Positions 23,358 through 36,130 of a stretch of 64,000 bases of DNA are shown one piece after another (position 1 is the first letter of the stretch; the number at the start of each line of letters is the position of its first letter). The stretch spans positions 744,001 to 808,000 of the forward strand of contig NC_067401.1 in NCBI RefSeq assembly GCF_016432865.1, read 5' to 3'. This DNA comes from Antechinus flavipes. Taxonomy: Eukaryota. A program made the position numbers and the translations under genes. Under the pieces are notes generated by a model. The model made no database searches and was not told the origin of the DNA. It was given only the letters and a program-made list of their open reading frames with translations.

Positions 23358-24629
23358 TGTTGGAATCTTTACAAACTGCTAACTCATTAGAATTGATAGA
23401 TTATTTTTTAAATAACTTTTTATTGATAGAACGCATGCCAGGATAATTTTTTACAGCATTATCCCTTGCATTCACTTCTGTTCCGATTTTTCCCCTCCCT
23501 CCCTCCACCCCCTCCCCCAGATGGCAAGTAGTCCTTTACATGTTGAATGGGTTGCAGTATATCCTGGATACAATATATGTGTGCAGAACCGAACAGTTCT
23601 TTTGTTGCACAGGGAGAATTGAATTCAGAAGGTATAAATAACCCGGGAAGAAAAACATAAATGCAAGCAGTTTATATTCATTTCCCAGTGTTCTTTCTCT
23701 GGGTGTAGCTGCTTCTGTCCATCTTTGATCAATTAAGGCTCTCTTTATCGAAGAGATCCACTTCCATCAGAATACATCCTCAAACCGTATCGTTGTTGAG
23801 GTATATAATGATCTCCTGGTTCTGCTCATTTCACTCAGCATCAGTTCATGTAAGTCTCGCCAGTCCTCTCTGTAGAATTGATAGATTATTGATATGATCT
23901 TACAAGAAGATGTTTTGGGTCAGAACTTGAGACGAGGTTCTAAGTAGAACTAATTGATACAATGCTTGTGTTTGCACCTTTACTCATTGGAGTTCACAAG
24001 TATGGGAGATTCACAAAGTTAACTGTGTAACTTTGTGAATTCACATCTCCCTTGAAGCTCTTAGGGCCAGAGAGCAGTATGGGAGAAAACCCATAATCCC
24101 TCTCTCTCAGAAGAGTCATATATAAGCCAGTGAAGAGTGATTCATTCGAATATTTTCCACTTGGCTGGCTGGTGGCAGAAGAAGAGTTTTGAGAGGAAGA
24201 AGCTACAAGTTGAGAGTTGAGCAGGAGATTGAGAAGGCTCTCTGTGGTGGCTGGGCTCCTGCACTTCCCCCACTGAGACCAAGCTGGTCTGAAAGACTCG
24301 CCAGAAAGCTAGCCGAGCCCCAAGTGAAGGAGACAAGAGATTCATTCCATCTTTGTGCTGGCTGGAGGCTGAAGAAAGCAAAGGACAATCTGCAAGAGCT
24401 CTTGGAACCAAGCAGAGAGATCGGCCTCTAAGAATCTAGCTATCCTGGCCCAAGGAAAGAGACAAGACTTGGAAGGAGAAATAAGCATTTGTATTTTTAC
24501 CAGCTGGCTGCATTTGGGGTAATTATTGATCTGAACTGATACTAAAGCTGCCTCCAAGAAAACCTCCCCCGAGAAGCCTGCTCTCTCCCCCAGAGAGAAT
24601 TATTCTGCTTATTTTAAAAGATCACCACA
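23358..24629 (+). mobile_element. Solo LTR, same family as 4819-5658, interrupted by an L1
   Basis: TGTTGGAATC..CACCACA; TSD GGCATC/GGAATC (1 mismatch); colinear with 4819-5658. Confidence 0.88.
23406..23872 (-). mobile_element. 5'-truncated L1 inserted in the LTR
   Basis: Antisense L1 3'UTR; 18-bp TSD TAGAATTGATAGATTATT at 23388-23405 and 23873-23890. Confidence 0.9.
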
Positions 24630-26380
24630 GGAATCTTTTGGGGCACATGGAAGCTCTTTGGCCTTTCCCCCAAACTCTCCCAGCCGACTCTCCTCCTCCA
24701 TGACTATTCTATATCAAGCACCATCTGTGACCTGTCCATTCGACAACACTCAGCAACCATGTCTTAAGTGCCTTCTGTATGCACTATGATGGGTTCTAGG
24801 CCGGTGGTACAAAGCCTGCATCTTCCCACAGTGCCTGCCTGGGAGCTTACTTTCCATCAGGAGATGATACCCATGTGGATGGATTGGAATCGAACTGTGA
24901 TTTCATTGGGGAGCTACTTCTCTCCCTGAAGCTGAGGGGCGTGGCCATGGCCAAGGCAGAATTTAGACCTAGGTTTTCTGGCTTTCAGAAATCCCTAAAG
25001 GCCTAGAAAAAAAATGGGATTCTTTGCTTGGCAAGAAACCCCGAGTGAGAGAGGGGAAACCTTGAGGTAGGGAAAGGGCAGGGGAGTGACCAGCGCAGGG
25101 CCCACCAAACCTTGGAGATATTGTCGTCTGAGTATTCCTATTTGTGCTCAGTGGACTAGCCTTCCAGATATGCCAGCTCTGGGGAAATGAATGTTTTTTC
25201 ATCCCTTTGGGTTTTTCTGCTTGGACTTTCCCCACTTCGGAGCAATCGCCGATCTTACTGAGGGGCCTGGTCACAGTCTGCGGCCCCTAAATCAGTGACC
25301 TGTCCCACCCCCATCCCAAGGGAGGCCTCTCCCCGCTTGGGCTCTGGGGCAGGGCCGGCACCGCTTTGATACCAGACATACTTTGACACCACACGCTTGA
25401 CTTGAGTGACTGGACGCTCACTCTCCACGGCTTTGGGCCAGTAGAGATCCCTGCTCTATGAAGTCAGATGCTTATTGTGACCCACAAGCCAAGGGCACAA
25501 GGAGCTCTTCTCAGCACCACAGAACCAGGAAGGTGACCTGGGAAAGGTGGCTTCAGCGGCCATTTGTCTCCCCTTCTTGTCAGGATGTCTGCAGATTCGG
25601 CTCCGTGGGCCTCAGGTTTTGTTTGAGGCTTTTTTAAGACCCCAATCCCCTCTGATTCCAAACCCCATCTTTTCCACCTGTGTTATCCTGTGCTGTCATA
25701 CACCTTGAAATAGCACATCAACCAAGGAATCCAAGTAGCGCAAACCCAGGGGGATACGATGACACGGGGCATGAGCAGGTGGCCATGAGCCATGCAGGAT
25801 GGCCTGAAAGGTGGAGGCAGTGACGGCGCTCCGGGGTTGCATGGTTCAGCCAGGAGGGAGAGGAGGCCTCCAGCATCCAGGGGATAGAGGGAGACAAGGA
25901 AAAAGGCTTCAGAAGAAGGGGCGTGGGTCCCAGCTTGGAGGCTCTATGGCAGGAACAGAAAGGACACAGGATGGGAGCAGGCACATGAACAGATCCACTG
26001 AAGGAGCTGGCAGGAACTCGGTGACCAGGCACAAAGAAGGGAATTAAGGGGTGAGCCACTGGTCCTGCAGAAATTTGTCATTGTCTAGAGCTAATTGAAC
26101 TGATATCCTTTCCCCCGGGAAATGAAGGCTGAGAGATGGAGGCACAAATTATGCTCAAGAGTCAGTGCAGTATCTGAGTCAACTCTCATAGGAAGTTATA
26201 CAGCAGGGTCATAAGGTGTTGGGAGGGGACATGAGAAAACACCAAGGAGGAAGGAAAGCCACTCTGTGGATGGGTCATCCTCTAGAGGAGTATAAAAGCC
26301 TTGGACAGAGGAGAAGGAGCACTTCAAACCCATCCCTCCTCCTCTGCTCCTCTCCTGAAAAACCCATCCACCCACCCACC

Positions 26381-26905
26381 ATGTGCCACACCAGCTGCTC
26401 CACTGGCTGCCAGCCCACCTGCTCCGTGCCTGTGTGCTGCAAGCCCGTCTGCTGTGTCCGTCCTTGCTGCCGCCCGGCCTCCTGTGTGGCCCTGCTGTGC
26501 CGCCCAGCGTGCCCTATAGTGACCAGCTGCCAGGCAGTCTGTGGAGCTGGCAGCTGCTCCCCCTCCTGCTGTGTGTCCAGCCCCTGCCAGTCCAGCTGTT
26601 GCCAGGCCAGTCCCTGCAGCCCCTCTTGCTGTGTGTCCAGCCCCTGCCAGTCCAGCTGCTGTGTGTCCAGCCCCTGCCAGTCCAGCTGCTGCCAGGCCAG
26701 TCCCTGCAGCCCCTCTTGCTGTGTGTCCAGCCCCTGCCAGTCCAGCTGCTGTGTGTCCAGCCCCTGCCAGTCCGCCTGCTGTGTGCCTGTCTGCTGCAAG
26801 CCTGTGACCTGTGGGCTCCCCTCCTGCCAGGTCTCCTGCTGCCAACCAGTTTCCTATACAACCTTGGTCTGCAGACCCACCTGTGCCCCCTCCTGCTGCT
26901 GCTGA
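26381..26905 (+). CDS. KRTAP12: Keratin-associated protein 12-like #5, 174 aa
   Basis: CCACCATG; TATAAAA 26291-26297, AATAAA 27212-27217; ends PSCCC. Confidence 0.92.
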   Translation: MCHTSCSTGCQPTCSVPVCCKPVCCVRPCCRPASCVALLCRPACPIVTSCQAVCGAGSCSPSCCVSSPCQSSCCQASPCSPSCCVSSPCQSSCCVSSPCQSSCCQASPCSPSCCVSSPCQSSCCVSSPCQSACCVPVCCKPVTCGLPSCQVSCCQPVSYTTLVCRPTCAPSCCC

Positions 26906-27372
26906 ACAGGAATGAGTGCTCTAAGCCATCCACGCAGAGTCCAGATGAGACTGGAACCTCTGACCTGGGTCGTTGTGCCCACAGCTTTGCAGATCCCCTA
27001 AAACTCTGTAAGCTTTCCCTGGCCACACAAAGCAGGGCTACTGATCCAGTCAACAGGAGCTTCCATTTCCCCCATCCCCTCTCTGATTCTCACGGCGGTT
27101 ACTTTGGCTCTGCCATTGTCCACTTTGCCTGATGGTGGATCTTCTCTCAAAAGGCCGTCCCATTGGATGTTTGCTGTTGGAATCAGCCTTGGTCAGAAGC
27201 AAGGTTGAATTAATAAATCAGTGGGATCTGCCATATACATGTCTACTTCTCATTCTTTCCTTTCACTTCCAGGAGGTCTAAAGGCTTGTTCATTTGAGAG
27301 TGGACTCTCTCAAGGTGCTGGGAGACTGGATCCAAGGTTTGGAGAAAGGACACAACAAGCTTCTACTGAGGT

Positions 27373-30300
27373 ACTACTAGGTGGCGGGCCTGGCCTTCAG
27401 GGAACTTATAGTACCTATAGTATATTATACTACTAGGTGGTGGGCCCGGCCTTCAGGGAACTTATAGTACCTATAGTATATTATACTACTAGGTATGGGC
27501 CCAGCCATCAGGGAACTTATAGTACCTATAGTATATTATACTACTAGGTGTGGGCCCAGCCATCAGGGAACTTATAGAACCTATAGTATATTATACTACT
27601 AGGTGTGGGCCCAGCCTTCAGGGAACTTATAGTACCTATAGTATATTATACTACTAGGTGTGGGCCCAGCCATCAGGGAACTTATAGAACCTATAGTATA
27701 TTATACTACTAGGTGTGGGCCCAGCCATCAGGGAACTTATAGAACCTATAGTATATTATACTACTAGGTGGCGGGCCTGGCCTTCAGGGAACTTATAGTA
27801 CCTATAGTATATTATACTACTAGGTGTGGGCCCAGCCATCAGGGAACTTATAGAACCTATAGTATATTATACTACTAGGTGGTGGGCCCGGCCTTCAGGG
27901 AACTTATAGTACCTATAGTATATTATACTACTAGGTGTGGGCCCAGCCATCAGGGAACTTATAGAACCTATAGTATATTATACTACTAGGTGGTGGGCCC
28001 GGCCTTCAGGGAACTTATAGTACCTATAGTATATTATACTACTAGGTGGCGGGCCTGGCCTTCAGGGAACTTATAGTACCTATAGTATATTATACTACTA
28101 GGTGTGGGCCCAGCCTTCAGGGAACTTATAGTACCTATAGTATATTATACTACTAGGTGTGGGCCCAGCCATCAGGGAACTTATAGAACCTATAGTATAT
28201 TATACTACTAGGTGGTGGACCCGGCCTTCAAGAAACTTATATTACACTACTTATAGTATATTATACTACTAGGTGGCGGGCCTGGCCTTCAGGGAACTTA
28301 TAGTACTTATAGTATATTATACTACTAGGTGTGGGCCCAGCCATCAGGGAACTTATAGTACCTATAGTATATTATACTACTAGGTGTGGGCCCAGCCATC
28401 AGGGAACTTATAGAACCTATAGTATATTATACTACTAGGTGGTGGGCCCGGCCTTCAGGGAACTTATAGTACCTATAGTATATTATACTACTAGGTGGTG
28501 GACCCGGCCTTCAAGAAACTTATATTACACTACTTATAGTATATTATACTACTAGGTGGCGGGCCTGGCCTTCAGGGAACTTATAGTACCTATAGTATAT
28601 TATACTACTAGGTGGTGGGCCTGGCCTTCAGGGAACTTATATTATAGTACCTATAGTATATTATACTACTAGATATGGGCCTAGCCTTCAGGGAACTTAC
28701 ATTATACTACCTATAGTATATTATACTACTAGGTGGTGGGCCTGGCCTTCAGGGAACTTATATTATACTAACTATAGTATATTATACTACTAGGTGGCAG
28801 GCCCAGCTGCCAAGGAACTTATAGTATATTATACTACTAGGTGGTAGGCCTGGCCTTCAGGGAACTTATATTATAGTACCTATAGTATATTATACTACTA
28901 GGTGGTGGGCCTGGCCTTCAGGGAACTTATATTATACTAACTATAGTATATTATACTACTAGGTGGTGGGCCTGGCCTTCAGGGAACTTATATTATACTA
29001 CCTATAGTATATTATACTACTAGATATGGGCCTAGCCTTCAGGGAACTTACATTATATTACCTATAGTATATTATACTACTAGGTGGCGGGCCCAGCTGC
29101 CAAGGAACTTATAGTATATTATACTACTAGGTGGTGGGCCTGGCCTTCAGGGAACTTATATTATACTAACTATAGTATATTATACTACTAGGTGGTGGGC
29201 CTGGCCTTCAGGAAACTTATATTATACTACCTATAGTATATTATACTACTAGATATGGGCCTAGCCTTCAGGGAACTTACATTATACTACCTATAGTATA
29301 TTATACTACTAGGTGGCGGGCCCAGCTGCCAAGGAACTTATAGTATATTATACTACTAGGTGGTGGGCCTGGCCTTCAGGAAACTTATATTATACTACCT
29401 ATAGTATATTATACTACTAGATATGGGCCTAGCCTTCAGGGAACTTACATTATACTACCTATAGTATATTATACTACTAGGTGGCGGGCCCAGCTGCCAA
29501 GGAACTTATAGTATATTATACTACTAGGTGGTAGGCCTGGCCTTTAGGGAACTTATATTATAGTACCTATATTATACTACTAGGTAGTGGGCCTGGCCTT
29601 CAGGGAACTTATATTATACTGCTTATAGCATATTATACTACTAAGTGTGGGCCTGGCCTTCAAAGAACTTATATTATACTGCTAGGTGGTGGGCCTAGTC
29701 GTCAAGGAACTTATATTACACTACTTATAGTATATTATACTACTAGGTGGTGGGCCTGGCCTTCAAGGAACTTATACTACCTATAGTATATTATACTACT
29801 AGGTGGGAGGCCCAGCCTTCAAGGAAATTATATTACACCACTTATATATTATACTACTAGGTGGCAGGCCTGGCCTTCAAGGAACTTATATTATACTACT
29901 TACAGTATCCTTCAGGGAACTTATATTACACTACTTATATTAAAAAACTAGGTAACAGGCCCGGCCTTCAAGGAACTTATATTTTACTACTTATAGGATA
30001 TTATACTACTAGGTGGCGGGCCCAGCCTTCAAGGAACTTATATGATACTACTTATAGGATATTATACTACTATGTGGCAGGCCCAGCCTTCAAGGAACTT
30101 ATGCTACTTATATGATATTATACTACTAGGTAGCAGGCCTGGCCTTCAAGGAACTTTTATTATACTACTAGGTGGTAGGCCCAGCCTTCAAGAAACTTAT
30201 ATTATACTACTTATAGTATATTATACTACTAGGTGGCAGGCTTAGCCTTCAAGGAACTGATATTACACTACTTATATTGTACTATACTACTAGGTGACAG

Positions 30301-33300
30301 GTCTGGCCTTCAAGGAACTTATATGATATTATACTAGTAAGTGGCGGGCCCGGCCTTCAAGAAACTTATATTATACTACTTATAGTATATTATACTACTA
30401 GGTGGCAGGCCTAGCCTTCAAGGAACTTATATTATACTATTTATACTATTTATATAATATTATACTACTAGGTGGCGGGCCCAACTGTCAAGGAACTTAT
30501 ACTACTTATATGATATTATACTACTAGGTAGCGGGCCTGGCCTTCAAGGAACTTTTATTATACTACTAGATGGTGGGCCCGGCCTTCAAGTTGCTTATAT
30601 TATACTACTTATAATATATTACCTACTAGGCAATGGGCCTGGCCTTCAAGGAACTTATATTATATTACTTATAGTATATTATACTACTTGGTGGCAGGCT
30701 CAGCCTTCAAGGAACTTATATTACACTATTTAAATTGTATTATACTACTAGGTGGTGGGTCTGGCCTTCAAGGAACTTATATGATATTATACTAGTAAGT
30801 GGCGGGCCCGGCCTTCAAGGAACTAATATTATAAAGGAACTTATATGATATCATACTAGTAAGTGGCGGGCCCGGCCTTCAAGGAGCTAATATTATATTA
30901 CTTATATGATATTATACTACTAGGTGGCAGGCCTGACCTTCAAAGAACTTATACTACTTACATGATATTATACTATTAGGTGCAGGCCCAGCCTTCAAGG
31001 AACTTATATTACTTATAGTATATACTATATAGTATAGAGAGTATATACTACAAGATGGTGGGCCCAGCCTTCAAGGAACTTATATTATACTACTTATAGT
31101 ATATTATACTACTAGGTGATGGGCCCAGCCTTCAAGGAACTTTTATTACTTATAGTATATTATACTACTAGGTGGTGGGCCCAGCCTTCAAGGAACTTAT
31201 ACTACTTATAGTATATTATACTACTAGGTGATGGGCCCAGCCTTCAAGGAACTTATATTATACTACTTATAGTATATTATACTACTAGGTGATGGGCCCA
31301 GCCTTCAAGGAACTTATACTACTTATAGTATATTATACTACTAGGTGATGGGCCCAGCCTTCAAGGAACTTATACTACTTATAGTATATTATACTACTAG
31401 GTGGTGGGCCCAGCCTTCAAGGAACTTATATTATACTACTTATAGTATATTATACTACTAGGTGATGGGCCCAGCCTTCAAGGAACTTATACTACTTATA
31501 GTATATTATACTACTAGGTGATGGGCCCAGCCTTGAAGGAACTTATATTACTTATAGTATATTATGCTACTAGGTGGTGGGCCCAGCCTTCAAGGAACTT
31601 ATATTACTTATAGTATATTATACTACTAGGTAATGGGCCTGGCCTTCAAGGAACTTATATTATACTACTTATAGTATATTATACTACTAGGTGTGGGCCC
31701 AGCCTTCAAGGAACTTATATTACACTACTTATAGTATATTATACTATTAGGTAATGGGCCTGGCCTTCATGGAACTTATATTATACTACTAGGTGTGGGC
31801 CTGGCCTTCAAGGAACTTATACTACTTATAGTATATTATACTACTAGGTGATGGGCCCAGCCTTGAAGGAACTTATATTACTTATAGTATATTATGCTAC
31901 TAGGTGGTGGGCCCAGCCTTCAAGGAACTTATACTACTTATAGTATATTATACTACTAGGTGGTGGGCCCAGCCTTCAAGGAACTTATACTACTTATAGT
32001 ATATTATGCTACTAGGTGGTGGGCCCCGCCTTCAAGGAACTTATATTACTTATAGTATATTATACTACTAGGTAATGGGCCTGGTCTTCAAGGAACTTAT
32101 ATTATACTACTTATAGTATATTATACTACTAGGTGATGGGCCCAGCCTTCAAGGAACTTTTATTACTTATAGTATATTATACTACTAGGTGGTGGGCCCA
32201 GCCTTCAAGGAACTTATACTACTTATAGTATATTATACTACTAGGTGTGGGCCCAGCCTTCAAGGAACTTATATTATACTACTTATAGTATATTATACTA
32301 CTAGGTGATGGGCCCAGCCTTCAAGGAACTTTTATTACTTATAGTATATTATACTACTAGGTGGTGGGCCCAGCCTTCAAGGAACTTATACTACTTATAG
32401 TATATTATACTACTAGGTGATGGGCCCAGCCTTGAAGGAACTTATATTACTTATAGTATATTATGCTACTAGGTAATGGGCCTGGCCTTCAAGGAACTTA
32501 TATTATACTACTTATAGTATATTATACTACTAGGTGATGGGCCCAGCCTTCAAGGAACTTATACTACTTATAGTATATTATACTACTAGGTGATGGGCCC
32601 AGCCTTGAAGGAACTTATATTACTTATAGTATATTATGCTACTAGGTGGTGGGCCCCGCCTTCAAGGAACTTATATTACTTATAGTATATTATACTACTA
32701 GGTAATGGGCCTGGCCTTCAAGGAACTTATATTATACTACTTATAGTATATTATACTACTAGGTGTGGGCCCAGCCTTCAAGGAACTTATATTACACTAC
32801 TTATAGTATATTATACTATTAGGTAATGGGCCTGGCCTTCATGGAACTTATATTATACTACTAGGTGTGGGCCTGGCCTTCAAGGAACTTATACTACTCA
32901 TATATTATACTACTAGGTGGCAGGTCCAGCCTTCAAGGAACTTATATGATATACTAGTAGGTGGCGGGCACAACCTTCAAGGAACTTATATTATGCTACT
33001 TATATATTATACTACTAGGTGGCAGGTCCAGCCTTCAAGGAACTGATATATTATACTAGTAGGTGGCGGGCACAACCTTCAAGGAACTTATATTATACTA
33101 CTTATATATTATACTACTAGGTGGCAAGCCCAGCCTTCAAGGAACTGATATATTACTTATATATTATATTACTAGGTGGCAGGTCCAGCCTTCAAAGAAC
33201 TTATATATTATACTAGTAGGTGGCGGGCACAACCTTCAAGGAACTTATATTATACTACTTATATATTATACTACTAGGTGGCAAGCCCAGCCTTCAAGGA

Positions 33301-33664
33301 ACTGATATATTACTTATATATTATATTACTAGGTGGCAGGTCCAGCCTTCAAAGAACTTATATATTATACTAGTAGGTGGCGGGCACAACCTTCAAGGAA
33401 CTTATATTATACTACTTATATATTATACTACTAGGTGGCAGGTCCAGCCTTCAAAGAACTTATATATTATACTAGTAGGTGGCGGGCACAACCTTCAAGG
33501 AACTTATATTATACTACTTATATATTATACTACTAGGTGGCAGGTCCAGCCTTCAAGGAACTTATATGATATACTAGTAGGTGGCGGGCCTGGCCTTCAA
33601 GGAACTGATATTATATTACTTATATATTATACTACTAGGTGGCAGGTCCGGCCTTCAAGGAACT
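27373..33664. repeat. 6.3-kb minisatellite, unit about 45-62 bp (CTACTAGGTGGTGGGCCCAGCCTTCAAGGAACTTAT..TATAGTATATTATA), roughly 110 units, with higher-order blocks
   Basis: Direct reading; unit count is an estimate from length divided by about 56 bp; exact 157-bp period near 33063/33220. Confidence 0.97.
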
Positions 33665-34500
33665 AAAACAAGAGACAATGAGAAAAGAACTGTGAACATA
33701 TAAGAGCTGTAGAGGCCAGTGAAAGTGGTCTCAGGGAGAAGGCTCTAATAGTAGGAGGCAGGGGACTGGAAAGGTTGCCTTCAGAAGGGGGGGCAGACAA
33801 ACTCAAAGGCACAGGTGAGGAGGGTGTGAAGGCTACCGGAGCAGAGACTGACTAGAATAAGTGCAAGCCTTCCAGGGGTGCCAGATTGAGAGCGGGCTGA
33901 GCAGGGCTTGTGTGAGATGGGAAGGGAATGTCTTCAGCAGACAAGAGGTAGCCCCTGGAGGTTATTGAATAGTGATCCACTCAGATATCTGCTTCAGGAG
34001 AATCACTTTGGCGGCCCAGAGTGGAGAAAGTTGAGGCAGGAAACTATTGAATAGTGCGGGTGAGAGATGAAGGTCAGTTTGGGATCCCAGAAAAGGATAT
34101 CTGGGAAAGACGTGGTGAATGTAAAAAAATCACAAAACACACAGACTGAACATGTGGGTTGAGTCAGACTAAGGATGACCTAGGTTTCCAAGTCTGATTT
34201 ATCCCTCCATGAAAATAGGAAAGTTGGGAAGAAGCAGTGGTTTTGAGTCAAAGATATTAAGTGGCTTTTTTACTCTTTGGACATTGAGTTTGAAATGCTT
34301 ATGGGACAATAAATTAGAGGTTCCCAGTAGCAGTTGGCAATGCATGATTGTAGCTCAGAGACAGGCCAAAGCAGATGTGTGAGCACCTGGCTGAGCCCAT
34401 GAAAACTGATGAAATTGCCCAGAAAGTAGAGAAGGGAGGGCCCAGGACAAAGCTTTGGAAGCAACAATATGGATGGCAATCTGGAAAAGGAGACGAGGGT
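33665..34500 (-). mobile_element. L2 fragment continuing from the minisatellite
   Basis: Antisense L2-type sequence (aggagaatcactttggc..; ttttggacattgagtttgaaatgc..). Confidence 0.7.
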
Positions 34501-35873
34501 CAGAGAGAAGAACCGGCAGGAGGGGTTGGGAGCTGGAGGGGCTGGAGCATTAATGATGAAAACGGTCCTAAGGGTCGCCTTAACAACTCTCCTCTACTAC
34601 ATGTCTGTCTATCTGTCCATCTAGCTGTTTTCACCCTCATATCCCTCTTTAAGGGCAGGATCCTTTCTGCCTTTTTCTGTATCTCTAGGTCAGCAGCCCC
34701 AGCCCACAGCTGGCACCCATGAGGGTGACGAGTCTACCTAGACTTCCCTTGACTCTGATATCATTAACAGAAGGGGAATTCCCTGAATTTCTTCGAATTT
34801 CTTATGGGAACACATTCAATCAATGAATCCACAACTTTTTGCAGAGTTACCATATGTCAGACACTAGGAACATGAAGACAAAGAATTAAAACACAGTAAC
34901 TTTACTCATGAGGAGCGAGAGCCCTGGGAGAGGAAGCAGCTCCAACCCCTTAGTCCTGCTCTCAGACCATACCTGGAGCTGTACCATGGGACTAGCGGGC
35001 CAGACTACATCAAAACCTTGACCACTGTCTCTCCTCGGACGCTGATGCAGATGCCCAGGACCCCAGGAGCTCCTTCAGTGGCGTCCCCAGGGTCTTGGAA
35101 AGGGCAGGGCCTTCACCAGAGATGTCAGCATCCTCCTGGGAGGCTGCTCTGGGGGATGATGGCTCCTCCAGAGGCTGCAGCTGCAGTGATTGCCCACTCA
35201 GACTTCGTTACCCAAGTCCTTGGCTGAAATTGTTTAACATCAGAAGGAGGAAGAAGAGGCCTGGCCATCAGTTTTGCTGCTGCCCTCAAGGCCCCTGGGG
35301 CTTTTCCCTCTGACTGATAGCTCAAACCTTTCCCACTGAAATGGGAGCTTCTGCAGAGCAGGGCTGGTCTGCACAATGGCCGCTGCTTTATTCATTCATT
35401 CTAAGGGGGTGCTGAAAACAGAGAAATATGAGATAAAGAGAAAAAGAGTAAGTGATATAGCATACATATTCGTTGCATTTAAGGGGGTTTCAGAGTGAGG
35501 GACTGACACCTTAGGGATGAAAGAAGCGGGAGGGCATCTCAGGCATGGGGGCTATCAGTACAAAGGCGCAGAGATGAGAGACAGTGTTGGGTGCGAGGGA
35601 CAGAGGAAGCGCTTGGCTGGATTGCAGGACACGGGCGTGGGGGCGGAATGATCAACAAGGCTGGAAAGAAAGGTCCCTCGGGGCCCTCGAGTCCAGGCCA
35701 GGAGCTCCCGGACACCCAAGTGCTCCCCGGGTGATTTGGTTGTATTCCACCTGTTGGTTGTTCCGCCCTCCCATTCTGTTAGCGAGACACCAAGCGTGGG
35801 AAGTCTTTTCCTGCCCAAGAGCCCTGACATGGACCTACAACTCCTCTTCCCTACAGGAGGCCCTTCTTCTCCC

Positions 35874-36130
35874 ACTCACTCTCGCGCGGAGCAGCCCTGC
35901 TCGCGTTGCGCCAGCCTCGCGCCTCCGCCATTCTCGCTCGCTCTCAGCTCTCTCCTTCCCTCCAAGCAGCTCCAGCCTCCGCCAAGGCTGGGCCACCCCT
36001 CGAGTCGCCTTCCGGTCCAGCCGGCGGCCACTTCTTGCTCTCTCCCTCTCGCCTTAAGCCCCTACACGCTCGCTCCGACGTCACTGAATGGAAGCTGCCC
36101 CGCCAGCCAATCAGATCGCTGTGTCAGTGG
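35874..36130 (-). promoter_or_regulatory. CpG-rich promoter with candidate first exon (ATG 35931; donor GTGAGT 35879-35874)
   Basis: CCAAT 36107-36111, GC box 36098-36104, GACGTCA 36077-36083, CCGGAAG 36009-36015, YY1-like CCGCCATT 35925-35932; dense CpG. Confidence 0.6.

Noticed and set aside
27373-33664. CRISPR-like appearance and short ORFs in the array
   Set aside because: Mammalian context, no unique spacers, no cas genes; the ORFs are repeat translations.
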